This document shows, one piece after another, positions 27,186-36,947 of a DNA stretch of 64,000 nt (within the stretch, counting starts at the first letter, position 1; every line of letters starts with the position of its first letter). Below the pieces are notes generated by a model that worked only from the letters and a program-made list of their open reading frames with translations, was not told the DNA's origin and searched no databases. The DNA is from a virus. The stretch is taken from positions 36,665-100,664 of the IMG/VR virus record IMGVR_UViG_3300040801_004314; one strand, written 5' to 3'. Made by a program: the position numbers and the translations under genes.

Positions 27186-28346
27186 TTATTGTTCTACAAA
27201 CATATCATCTTCTAATGTAAGATAAGTTGTATTTAAATTTAATCTAACTTGTGATTTTAAGAAATCACCATCTCTTTGTTTTAATAATTTAAATCTAAAT
27301 AAGTTTTGCCTTTTCATTTCCTCGGTTCTTATAATAGCAAAGAACGTATCTGCGGTTTCTGCTATTGCTTTAGATTCTGGAACACTTTCTAATGTTATAT
27401 CAGAAGAATTCCAAGCATCTTTAGCAACTTGAACTCCTGTGACCACAGGAAATAAATATTTAGCTCCTAATGCCCTTAAACCCTCTGCTAGTTGTTTTCC
27501 TTTAGTATATAAATTATCAGCACCAGGACCTTTCATAGGGGCTATCAGAGTAATGTAATCCACTACTAACATATCTATTTTTATATTTCTTTTATCTTTT
27601 AACTGCTGTATGTAATAATCGAAATCCTCTACTGTTGCAGTACCTGCTGCCCAAAACTTAGTCATTATCTTACCGACTTTATTCTCAAAGAGATCATTAC
27701 CAGAGGACTTAGATAGGTTTTTTATTTTCTTTCTAATAAGCTCTGTGTCTTTTGAGACTTCATCATAATCATTTATAGGTATTTTTAAACGCATTGCCCC
27801 TAGTCTTTTTAGAACTTTTCGCTCACTCATTTCTAAAGTTATATACAATACGTTATGACCACTATTAGCACTTTTGACTGAAAAGTTTTGCATCCATAAG
27901 GAATTATGACTTAGTATATTATTCGTATAGTATCTTTTATTAGATCCTTCACTTAGTTGTAAGTCATACATATGTGATTTTTTACCAGTAGTGGACAAAT
28001 CCATTATCATATCAGGACCATCTTTAGTCATTATGAAATCACCTAACTCTAATTCTTTACAATACACCTCATGCATATCACATTTTTTTGAATTAAAGTC
28101 TAAATTATCACACCTGTATAAAATATGATCATCAGCACAAATAAGTTCATCACCACTGGCTAATACAAGTTTGTGTTCTTCATATTTTACAGTCTTACCA
28201 ACACCCTCTATGTTTATCCATCCCTGAGGGGTTTGTGCTTCTAAACCATCAACTTCATAAGCTTCAATAAACTTATCGTATAAAGGTCTATCATACTCTC
28301 CCTCTAAAAGAGAATCGGCTTGAATTATTTCAAAATTATTTATCAT
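27186..28346 (-). CDS. Replicative helicase (gp41/DnaB) C-terminal part, fused to a 148-aa C-intein
   Basis: Block B CADDH, block F MYDLQL, block G ILSHN|S; then YITLEMSE, LVVDYI, QVAK, ESKAIAETAD, KQRDG. Confidence 0.9.
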   Translation of the reverse strand: MINNFEIIQADSLLEGEYDRPLYDKFIEAYEVDGLEAQTPQGWINIEGVGKTVKYEEHKLVLASGDELICADDHILYRCDNLDFNSKKCDMHEVYCKELELGDFIMTKDGPDMIMDLSTTGKKSHMYDLQLSEGSNKRYYTNNILSHNSLWMQNFSVKSANSGHNVLYITLEMSERKVLKRLGAMRLKIPINDYDEVSKDTELIRKKIKNLSKSSGNDLFENKVGKIMTKFWAAGTATVEDFDYYIQQLKDKRNIKIDMLVVDYITLIAPMKGPGADNLYTKGKQLAEGLRALGAKYLFPVVTGVQVAKDAWNSSDITLESVPESKAIAETADTFFAIIRTEEMKRQNLFRFKLLKQRDGDFLKSQVRLNLNTTYLTLEDDMFVEQ

Positions 28347-28523
28347 TTTAATATTTTTCGTGTATATGTTATATTATTTTTTATATAAAAGTCTTATTGT
28401 GAATAAAAATTATTTACTATTTTTTGAATCTTTAAACTTATTAAAAAGTTCTCCAATGGTCGAATTTTTCTCTATACCACTTTTTTTATCCCTAATGTTT
28501 AATTTAGTATTAGATAAAGAACA
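27903..28523 (-). other. Atypically split intein: IntN 37 aa (28523-28413), IntC 148 aa (28346-27903), inserted in Walker A (GGK|S)
   Basis: The N gene ends TNGGK-CSLSNTKLNIRD...KNSK*; the C gene has ...SHN-SLWMQN. Confidence 0.88.
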
Positions 28524-29138
28524 TTTTCCACCATTAGTTTGAGCCATTATTACGTTAAGTGTAGAGATATCCCATCCACCACCTAACATGTGGTCTATAG
28601 TTTCAAAGCCACACTTGACTTTATACCTAGAAGAATCTTGAACATGGTTCTCGGGATCATCGAAATCAGAACCCATATCTTCGTCCTGCACAAAGTTTAC
28701 AGAAGACATCTCATTTATTATAGATTTTATTTTATCGGCTGAAGTAACAGCATCATCAAAATTAGATATATTGTCTAGGTTTCTAGTTTCTTCAATAACA
28801 TCTACAGTACCTGTTTTCAAACGATTTGATAAAACCCATCCATTAAATTTAGGAACTATAAAATCTTTTTCATTATATTCATCTAAGTTTATAGATAATA
28901 TAGACTTAAGTATAGGCTTTGTTATGATACCTTCTTTATCTTCAAGAGTAACCATATCTAATATTTGTCTGTTACTTGGTGGGTTAGCATCAGAAGATTT
29001 GAGCATATAATCTCTAAGAACTTCGTAAACAAATTGTATACTAGAGTTCTTAAAAAAATAAGGTTTAACTATATCATAATATTTCTTATTCTTCGATAAG
29101 ATAAAATTGAAAAAAACTTTTTCTAATTGTGGTGTCAT
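28410..29138 (-). CDS. Replicative helicase (gp41/DnaB) N-terminal part + short N-intein
   Basis: DMGSDF, CGFETIDHMLGGG, LNVIMAQTNGGK then intein Cys1. Confidence 0.9.
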   Translation of the reverse strand: MTPQLEKVFFNFILSKNKKYYDIVKPYFFKNSSIQFVYEVLRDYMLKSSDANPPSNRQILDMVTLEDKEGIITKPILKSILSINLDEYNEKDFIVPKFNGWVLSNRLKTGTVDVIEETRNLDNISNFDDAVTSADKIKSIINEMSSVNFVQDEDMGSDFDDPENHVQDSSRYKVKCGFETIDHMLGGGWDISTLNVIMAQTNGGKCSLSNTKLNIRDKKSGIEKNSTIGELFNKFKDSKNSK

Positions 29139-29180
29139 ATATAATCATTTTAGTGTTATATAGACTTTTGTGTATTATGT

Positions 29181-29966
29181 TTACTGCTCTTGTATTATTT
29201 CAGTCCCCTCTGGAACTTCACTGTCATTGTAGTATGTGGTAAATCCCTTTATATCAGTGTCTTGTGATTCTATATCTTTTGATATTTTAGATTTATTTAA
29301 CTTATCTATATCTTCAAGAGAGTCAATGATATTTTTGATACTTTCTTTAGATATACTTAAGGAAGCACCGCTAGAAATATTATTAAAATTCATAACTATA
29401 TCTTCATTTGACATTTTATATTCTAATATTATATCTGATAATATTTTAAATACGTTATTAATCCCCTTTATTGATATAAGATCATTAAAATTATTTATAT
29501 CCTTATCCATATGACTATAAATAAAAGATATAAAGTTTTTTATACTCTCTAATGATTTTATTATTTTTTTCACCATGCCATTACCAACACCCCTTAGTTT
29601 TAATTCTTCTAGTAAAGTTCTTGATGCTTTTGTTAAATATTCTTCATTTGAATTTTTTTCTTTTTCTAGGTAAATTATGAAAGATGTTGCTATAGTTGAT
29701 AAAATATTTATTTCTTCATCATTTTCTATGCTAGATACATTACTTAATACGGATTCGATAACTGGTAGAAATACACTGATACTTTTTTTAAACTGTTTTA
29801 ATTCAGACAAATCAACTTTTAGATCCTTAGAAATTTTATTTACCAAGTCTTTATTTTCACCATCTTCAGTTTCTTTTAGTTCATTTGTTTTAGATAGCTT
29901 ATAGGCTAAATCTGTAAGCATGTTGTCTGTAATTTCGTACTGTTTGAATGTATTTATTTTAACCAT
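29181..29966 (-). CDS. Hypothetical protein (MVKINTFKQYE N-terminus)
   Basis: 261-aa ORF. Confidence 0.7.
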   Translation of the reverse strand: MVKINTFKQYEITDNMLTDLAYKLSKTNELKETEDGENKDLVNKISKDLKVDLSELKQFKKSISVFLPVIESVLSNVSSIENDEEINILSTIATSFIIYLEKEKNSNEEYLTKASRTLLEELKLRGVGNGMVKKIIKSLESIKNFISFIYSHMDKDINNFNDLISIKGINNVFKILSDIILEYKMSNEDIVMNFNNISSGASLSISKESIKNIIDSLEDIDKLNKSKISKDIESQDTDIKGFTTYYNDSEVPEGTEIIQEQ

Positions 29967-30064
29967 AAAGTATATATAAAAAAAATTATATAAATTGTAT
30001 AAAAAGAGGTAAAATCATAATTAAATAATAATATATATCTTATACAAAAATAATCACACATACA

Positions 30065-30406
30065 ATGAAACACCTTAAAAAATTCGAAACTTTTGATCTA
30101 GGAAGATTTTCCGAAGAAGATGAAAACGATTGGATGGATGATGTAGACTCGAATAACATAGAAGGTGTAGAAAATGAGATTCAAGATAAATTGAATAAAG
30201 AAATCCAAGATGACAAGGAAGAAGATGAATCTGAAGAGGATGCTATAAGAAGAAGAGTTATAAGTAGTGAAATTGTAGAAAAGGTTAAAAATAGTAATGA
30301 ATCTGACGAAGAAAAATACCTAACAAAAGGTCAAAGGAAATTACCCCAAAAGTTGAAAGAAGGTATAATTAAGAAAATGAAAAAGAAAGAGAAAAATAAT
30401 AAATAA
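30065..30406 (+). CDS. Acidic/basic small protein with MKHLKKFE N-terminus (probable internal head protein)
   Basis: TAATATATA at 30029-30037; followed by a terminator. Confidence 0.7.
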   Translation: MKHLKKFETFDLGRFSEEDENDWMDDVDSNNIEGVENEIQDKLNKEIQDDKEEDESEEDAIRRRVISSEIVEKVKNSNESDEEKYLTKGQRKLPQKLKEGIIKKMKKKEKNNK

Positions 30407-30432
30407 AAAAAAAGCACCTTAGGTGCTTTTTT
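30405..30432. terminator. Bidirectional terminator
   Basis: AAAAAAAAAGCACC-tta-GGTGCTTTTTT. Confidence 0.85.
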
Positions 30433-31268
30433 TATTTTATCTTTAAATTGAAATCCTTTTCTTCTTTTAATTTTTTAATTCTATTTACCGCTATATCAAA
30501 GTATTTATCATCTTTTTCTATACCTATGAAATTTCTACTAGTATTGATACACCCCACACCAGTAGAAGCACTACCCATGGTAAAATCAAGAACTGTATCA
30601 TTTTCGCTTGTGTACGTGTTAATAAGATATTCCATAAGTGGCACAGGCTTTTGTGTAGGGTGTTTATTAGAATTCACACTTTTATTTATTTTTAGAACAC
30701 TTTTTGGGTTTCTAAAACCATCATCCTTTTTTCTAGTTCTTTTAATATCATTTCCTATATGTGTTTTATTAGTCTTTGGATTATTTATAGTTTTTCTTCT
30801 ATCAACTTTTCCATATCTATCATAATCCTTATTTTCGAAAACAGACTTTAAAGTTTTTTTATCCATTTCTAGGATATCATTAAATTCAAGAACTTTATAT
30901 TTTTGTGGATAATAATTATGCTTATTTTTAGAAAATACTGAAATTATTTCGTGATATTTAAGAGGTTGGTATTTTGCCCCCATAAAATTACTAGCTTTTT
31001 GCTTTTCCCATATCCAATCATATTTAAAATTATCAATGTTACTCATTCTCAAAGCACTCGAAAATGGCTCACTCCCAAATAATACAGTCGCTCCATTAGG
31101 TTTTACAATTCTGTTTAGTTGTTCCCACATTAAATTAAAATCAATAACACTATCCCATTTACATGCTGTTGTTCCATATGGTGGATCTGTTATAATAGCA
31201 TCTATACTATTATCTGGTATTTCTTTCATAATTTCAAGGCAATCGCCTTTTCTTAAAAATATTTTCAT
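30432..31268 (-). CDS. DNA methyltransferase, beta class (N6-adenine/N4-cytosine)
   Basis: GDCLE, ITDPPYG, HPTQKPV.L, VLDFTMGSASTG, FIGIE. Confidence 0.93.
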   Translation of the reverse strand: MKIFLRKGDCLEIMKEIPDNSIDAIITDPPYGTTACKWDSVIDFNLMWEQLNRIVKPNGATVLFGSEPFSSALRMSNIDNFKYDWIWEKQKASNFMGAKYQPLKYHEIISVFSKNKHNYYPQKYKVLEFNDILEMDKKTLKSVFENKDYDRYGKVDRRKTINNPKTNKTHIGNDIKRTRKKDDGFRNPKSVLKINKSVNSNKHPTQKPVPLMEYLINTYTSENDTVLDFTMGSASTGVGCINTSRNFIGIEKDDKYFDIAVNRIKKLKEEKDFNLKIK

Positions 31269-31280
31269 AATTATTATTCT

Positions 31281-32939
31281 TTATTTTACGTTAATTGTTT
31301 TTATTGCTTTTTGAAACCACAATGGCAGAAAGTGACTGGAATACCTTAATACATCCCCAAATGATGAATCTATTATTATTGTATCCCCATAATCCAATTT
31401 AGATCTAACTATCCTACCACAAGCTTGTTGTAATAAAGCCGATGTCATCCAAGAATACCACTCTGGGTTCTGTTTTTGTCTAAGTTTATTTTTCTTTGAT
31501 GCCAATGAAGGATAAGGTATTTTTGCTATTATTTGAAATCTAGCATAATCATCATCAAAAGATACACCAGTAGCCATTGATGGTGATACTATGACAGTTG
31601 GCTCATCTGATTCCATGTGCATTTTAAGCACCTCATCTTTATTACTAGAATCATGATAAACCAATCTAGGATCATCAATGCTCTCTTGAATCCATTTTTG
31701 TAATTCGAATGAATTAGTGTGTATTATCCCTTTCTTACCTTTATACTTGTTAAGTATTTTTTTAATGTAAGGAATATATTTTTTAAAGGTTTCTTCTTTT
31801 TTAGTATAAGACATTTTTCCAAGTGGCATGTATATAATTGGTCTAGCCCTTGGGTTAAATGGTGAGGGTATAGAATAGTATTTGGCTATGCTAGGCTTTA
31901 ATCCGTTTAGGTCACAAAATAGTTTTTTATTTAGAATAGTACCTGACATCAAAAAAACCATATCATACTTACTGAATATGTACTTATCCAGATAATCATA
32001 AGCCCATATAGGCTCTAATGATAACTCCTTTTGTTTAGTTTTTTCATTATAAGGTGTCTCTAATACCCAATTGTCTGGATTTTCCTTATACTCCCTTAGA
32101 AATATCTCTATCTTAGTCCCTAATTGTTTTAAGTCTGTTACCAGTTTCATTATCTTTAAATCGGGATTTTTACTGTTTAATATTTTGCCTAATTTTAAGC
32201 TTCTCTTATCATTCAATACAGACCTATTAGCAGAAGATAGTGAACCTTCAAGACCTTTAACACACCCTTCAACTTCTTTCCAAAAATAGTTTAAAAAATC
32301 AACATACTGGTCTATGTTTCTAACATACTTTAGTCTTTTTAACATAGATTCTTCATTAGGAAACTTAAACTTTTTGACCATTTTAGATGTTATCTTTATC
32401 GTTACGAAATTAGACATAACATCATCAAACTGATGACTTTCATCTACTATTAACACACTAGAGTTTCTGCTTTCCATAACTTTTGAGTTATACATAGAAT
32501 ATAATATGAATAGATAAAAGTTTGTTAAAGAAATACCACCTGATAAAAACGTCTCTCTTGCACTATTATATGGACAAGACTCACATTTTGTTTTATTAAG
32601 TTTATTGAACTCTGCCCCTTGTGCGCAAGAGCAAGAATATGATGTACATTCATAGTTTTCTTTACCCTTTAAATCTGATATAGATTCATATGTTCCAGAA
32701 TATTGATCTTGTAGTATTTTGCTATTGGTTATTACATCAACACGTGTTGCCCTATTTACATTTTTTCTATACCAATCAGTTATCATCATAGTAAGGTGAG
32801 ATTTTCCAGTACCAACTGGTAAATCTAGTAGAAAAAACTTAGTATTAGGATTAGATTTGTATTCACTATCTATAAATTCTAACGTATCTCTTTGTTCTTT
32901 CCTAGGTTTATATTTTTGAAGGTCTTTTTTAAACGACAT
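31281..32939 (-). CDS. DinG/XPD-like SF2 helicase
   Basis: PRKEQ, PVGTGKS, LKGKENYEC..C (Cys cluster), DESH, MSGT, GVSF, KIPYP, QACGRIVRS..D.G. Confidence 0.88.
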   Translation of the reverse strand: MSFKKDLQKYKPRKEQRDTLEFIDSEYKSNPNTKFFLLDLPVGTGKSHLTMMITDWYRKNVNRATRVDVITNSKILQDQYSGTYESISDLKGKENYECTSYSCSCAQGAEFNKLNKTKCESCPYNSARETFLSGGISLTNFYLFILYSMYNSKVMESRNSSVLIVDESHQFDDVMSNFVTIKITSKMVKKFKFPNEESMLKRLKYVRNIDQYVDFLNYFWKEVEGCVKGLEGSLSSANRSVLNDKRSLKLGKILNSKNPDLKIMKLVTDLKQLGTKIEIFLREYKENPDNWVLETPYNEKTKQKELSLEPIWAYDYLDKYIFSKYDMVFLMSGTILNKKLFCDLNGLKPSIAKYYSIPSPFNPRARPIIYMPLGKMSYTKKEETFKKYIPYIKKILNKYKGKKGIIHTNSFELQKWIQESIDDPRLVYHDSSNKDEVLKMHMESDEPTVIVSPSMATGVSFDDDYARFQIIAKIPYPSLASKKNKLRQKQNPEWYSWMTSALLQQACGRIVRSKLDYGDTIIIDSSFGDVLRYSSHFLPLWFQKAIKTINVK

Positions 32940-32982
32940 ATTTTATTGTTTATTGTTATATTATTTTTTATCTTTTAGTTTA

Positions 32983-34596
32983 TTACTTTATGGTCAAATC
33001 TAAGGTTTTATCTATACCCAGTTCATCCCTAAAATAGTCTTCGGTGGGTGTTATACCACTCTCAATTATTTTATTTATATTGATATCTGGGACCCATTTG
33101 AATATTTCTAAGTTAACATGTTGTTTAACCTTTCTAAGCCTTACAAGATAAGATACGATATCACTCTCTAAATATTTCTTAAATATTAATAACTCTTCTT
33201 CTGTGTTAAAATCAAAAAAAGAAAAGCTTTGGCTACATAATTCACCTGGTTTAGCAATTATCATTCTGTTATACCACTCTTTTCTCATCCCACCAGAATT
33301 AGTTGTATTTGGTATAAGTAGTTTCCATTTATCTACTTTCTTAAGCCTTAGGTCAATACCTGATATATACTTTATATTACCCTTTACTTTAGAAACATGA
33401 CACTTATACTGCCCACTCTTATACAATCTTTGATCATTAGTTTTAATACCAAAATGTAGAGATGAGTTAAGCCTGTAATTAATATTTTTCTTATCAATAA
33501 CTTTATCAATTATAGAAAATGCTAATTCAGATGTATCATTCGGTATTATTTCATATTTAGATAAATTGATGTACTCACCATCTACCATAACTTTAGAGTT
33601 TTTAATGCTAGATTTATCTATCAAGGAATAATTAACACCACCTCTTAATTTGAAATTATCATATACATCATCACTCTTTATAGTGTTTATTATTTTTAAA
33701 CCAAAATCATTAATCATTTTTCTCCTAAATGCACTATTGTTACTTTTACTAAACCATCTAATAGGTGATGTGCTTACTGTTAACCTAGACATAGATTGAG
33801 ACTTTTCTATAAATTTATCATAGTAATCCGAATAGTGTTGTGATTTCTCCTTTACCTTTTTGAAAGGTGGATCTTGTATAACTAGGTCAAAGCCCTCAAT
33901 GTCCCAAACACCTTGCATATGCTTTTCAAAACCATCTGATAAAAAATCTCCCCAAAATATATTAGGATTATATTCGCTATTTACATCAATAGAAGTAAGC
34001 CAACCAAAGCAATTTTTTATATTTATATCTCCATAGTATATGCAATTGTTTATGATCCATTTTAGTCTTTCTTCCTCACCAATTATTTTCCCTGATAGAC
34101 CATCCATAAACTTTTCTATGACTAGCAATAATATATTACCAAAGCCACCACAGGGGTCTAGAACTTTATGATAAGGGTTTTCCCAAAATGAACTATCATA
34201 ATTATCAATCATTTCAATCATTGGAATCACTAGCTTATTTTGGGGTGTCTTTATAATACTTTTTGACTTTATTTCATCATCATTATACTTTAAATATTGA
34301 AATACATTTCTCTGAACCTTTTTTATTCTATCAATACCATGTGTTTTTTCTATTATATTTTTTAGGTCATACCAAATAATATTCTCATCACCTAAGTAAA
34401 CTAAGTTAGAATATCTTTTATCCTTAAGATTCACGTCATTTAAGTAAGCTTTTAAATCTTCATCTAAGCAGTATTTATCATTTATTATTTTTAAAATGGC
34501 ATCGTTGAATATATCTATAGATTTAGAGCTTTCGAAAACTTCTAATATATTAGTATCATTATAAAAACCTTTACTTGTACTTTTTACGTCTATCAT
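32983..34596 (-). CDS. Gamma-class (Eco57I-like) amino-methyltransferase with C-terminal target recognition region
   Basis: KTP (motif X), VLDPCGGFGN (motif I), FDLVIQDPPF (motif IV), Y..FIEK, SP.RWF; ATGA overlap with upstream helicase. Confidence 0.8.
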   Translation of the reverse strand: MIDVKSTSKGFYNDTNILEVFESSKSIDIFNDAILKIINDKYCLDEDLKAYLNDVNLKDKRYSNLVYLGDENIIWYDLKNIIEKTHGIDRIKKVQRNVFQYLKYNDDEIKSKSIIKTPQNKLVIPMIEMIDNYDSSFWENPYHKVLDPCGGFGNILLLVIEKFMDGLSGKIIGEEERLKWIINNCIYYGDINIKNCFGWLTSIDVNSEYNPNIFWGDFLSDGFEKHMQGVWDIEGFDLVIQDPPFKKVKEKSQHYSDYYDKFIEKSQSMSRLTVSTSPIRWFSKSNNSAFRRKMINDFGLKIINTIKSDDVYDNFKLRGGVNYSLIDKSSIKNSKVMVDGEYINLSKYEIIPNDTSELAFSIIDKVIDKKNINYRLNSSLHFGIKTNDQRLYKSGQYKCHVSKVKGNIKYISGIDLRLKKVDKWKLLIPNTTNSGGMRKEWYNRMIIAKPGELCSQSFSFFDFNTEEELLIFKKYLESDIVSYLVRLRKVKQHVNLEIFKWVPDININKIIESGITPTEDYFRDELGIDKTLDLTIK

Positions 34597-36251
34597 ATTC
34601 TGTTTGATTTAAGTAATTCTAAAGGCGACATATTATTTATTCTTTCACGCCTTTCTAATTCTATTAAATCTTTGTCAAAAGTTTCTATATTATGAACTAT
34701 TTCTTCTATAAAAACAGCTTTTTTTTGCTTTCTGTCTAAATCATTTAATCCATCGTCCTGATATACGAGTTCAGATTCAGCTATATCGTCACCCAATGAG
34801 ACTTCAAATCTAGGATCAAACCCCCATCTATCTCTCATATCTTTTATAGTAAATGCAAGTTGTTCTTTTGTGAACTCGCTTCTACTATCCCAATAAGGTA
34901 GTATTACTGCACAATATGGTTTTATCCATTTAGATAAATCATCTTGTGATAGGTTACCCTTTCTTATCTGGTTTCTATCTTTTTTATGAAGTCTAGTTGA
35001 TCTACCAACATTTTGTATTATCTTAGCACGTGTAGGCATTTTTCCCTGTAAAAACATAACACCTGTTATACCTGGTACATTTATCCCCTCACTGAATATA
35101 TCATATTGTAATATTATTGCAGGTTGATTATCTTTTATTTTTTGAACTTTCCCAACAAATTCATCTCTACTTTTTATCCCCTCATCATCTATAAAATGGT
35201 TATTGGGGCTATTTTTGTTATATGATGCACCTGCGCATATAGTAACATCAGGCATTAGTCTATTTAATTCCCTTTGTAAATCCCACATTCTAGGCACAGA
35301 CTCACACCTTACGAGTATTTTAGGGGCAATGTCTTTGGGTTTCGAAGAATTTTTCTTTAACCACTTCTTATGAGAGTTAAAAACTTCTTTCACAAATAGA
35401 GACTTATTTTCTAACGAATCATAATTCTTATCCTCTATTATGTCCGAGGGAAGTGCCACATGTATTATAGGTGTTGATATATAAGATTTTTGAATACATT
35501 TTTTAAATGGAACAGTATATATATCACCGAATATATCTTTGTTGTTCATCAAAAATATATCAGAAGTCTCATCTTCTTTTATTAATTCGGTGTCAACATC
35601 TTTAGGTGTAGCAGTAAAAAAGAAACGCCTTTTAGTATTTATTACTTCATAAGATTTTTTAAAATCAGAATCTTCCTTTTCAGAAGCCAATATATGCGCT
35701 TCATCACAATATAAAACATCAAGATGTTGATCTTTTAATTTGTCTAAACTATTGTAAGTGGATATAATAATGGTTTTAAAGCCTTTTGAGTCATTATCTG
35801 CGACAATTCGATTTATCTCTAGTGGACTCAAAGAAGATTTAAATATGTTGCTCTCAGTTAGTCTATCGGTTATGTCTACTTTTAAATTATACTTGAATAA
35901 CGAGTTGTTAAAGCTTCTTGCTAAAACCTTGTCTTTCTGTAAAACTTTGTTTATGTCCAAAGACATAGATCCAACTGTTAGAAATTTGACCTTACCTATT
36001 AGCTCTAACTCACAAAAAAAGTCTATTAAATCTTTTAAATGTTGGTTATTAAGGCTAAGTCTGTGACTAGCTATGGCTACTTTAGTATCTTTAGTTTTAA
36101 TAAGCCTCCACAAAATATGCAATATCATAACATACCCCTTACCCACACCAGTAGGAACTCGGAATTGATGAACATTATTAGCTTGTAGGAGTTTGAACAT
36201 TTCTCTTTGGTCATCATTCAAAGTCAACAAAATTTCTTTAATATCTCTCAT
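34593..36251 (-). CDS. ResIII/Type ISP-like SF2 helicase-translocase
   Basis: PTGVGKG, STYNSL, CDEAH, FTATP, IFSEGINVPG, QNVGRSTR. Confidence 0.85.
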   Translation of the reverse strand: MRDIKEILLTLNDDQREMFKLLQANNVHQFRVPTGVGKGYVMILHILWRLIKTKDTKVAIASHRLSLNNQHLKDLIDFFCELELIGKVKFLTVGSMSLDINKVLQKDKVLARSFNNSLFKYNLKVDITDRLTESNIFKSSLSPLEINRIVADNDSKGFKTIIISTYNSLDKLKDQHLDVLYCDEAHILASEKEDSDFKKSYEVINTKRRFFFTATPKDVDTELIKEDETSDIFLMNNKDIFGDIYTVPFKKCIQKSYISTPIIHVALPSDIIEDKNYDSLENKSLFVKEVFNSHKKWLKKNSSKPKDIAPKILVRCESVPRMWDLQRELNRLMPDVTICAGASYNKNSPNNHFIDDEGIKSRDEFVGKVQKIKDNQPAIILQYDIFSEGINVPGITGVMFLQGKMPTRAKIIQNVGRSTRLHKKDRNQIRKGNLSQDDLSKWIKPYCAVILPYWDSRSEFTKEQLAFTIKDMRDRWGFDPRFEVSLGDDIAESELVYQDDGLNDLDRKQKKAVFIEEIVHNIETFDKDLIELERRERINNMSPLELLKSNRI

Positions 36252-36253
36252 AC

Positions 36254-36931
36254 TTAGTAAGTATATTTTTTATCTTTATAAATATTAGTTAACTCATCAA
36301 TATCCATACTTTTTATTGTTTCCAATACAATATCTTCAAATGAACTCCAAAAGGCATGATTGTTATCAGTTAATTTTTTGATAGATTCGTAATTAATAAC
36401 TCTATATAAGTCTGTGAATACTTGTGACTCACTATACCAATGAAGACCTGCACAATTAGTAAATATAACCATAGATTCTTGTCTATTATAGTCTACGTTG
36501 AAATCAGTTATACTTTTAAGACCGAATTGTTTTATGTCTCTTTCTTTTAGCTCGTATGTTGGGTTGTTTCTGAATTTAACTTGGACTGTGCATGGACCAC
36601 CCTCTATATTTTTGCCATATCCATCTACACCATTATCATCTTCGGCTGGAACAGGGAGATAATCATACACGCCTACTCTATTGTCTTTACCATATATCAA
36701 AAAGAAAACTTCTGCAAATATCTCAAATAAATCACCTGCAAACTTCATTGTACCTAATTTTACATCTTCTTCTATGTTTTGATCAGAGTATCCATATTCT
36801 AATGACTTTCTACTAATTAGATTTATCTGCTTGCATATATTGTCAAAATTCCCAGCAGATGCCATCATAGAAAAGTATTGCCCGAAATCTTTTTGGACAA
36901 TATTATAAAAAGATTCATGTTTTATTATCAT
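36254..36931 (-). CDS. Mrr-like PD-(D/E)xK restriction endonuclease domain protein
   Basis: GDLFEIFAE...EDDNGVDG...TVQVKFR...VIFTN matches the Mrr/Type ISP nuclease pattern (E...D...QxK). Confidence 0.7.
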   Translation of the reverse strand: MIIKHESFYNIVQKDFGQYFSMMASAGNFDNICKQINLISRKSLEYGYSDQNIEEDVKLGTMKFAGDLFEIFAEVFFLIYGKDNRVGVYDYLPVPAEDDNGVDGYGKNIEGGPCTVQVKFRNNPTYELKERDIKQFGLKSITDFNVDYNRQESMVIFTNCAGLHWYSESQVFTDLYRVINYESIKKLTDNNHAFWSSFEDIVLETIKSMDIDELTNIYKDKKYTY

Positions 36932-36947
36932 ATTTTTATTGTTATAA

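Noticed and set aside
28347-28412. Helicase split as a sequencing error in a cis-intein
   Set aside because: The halves are in the same frame, but the gap has two stop codons, a promoter motif and an A-rich leader.
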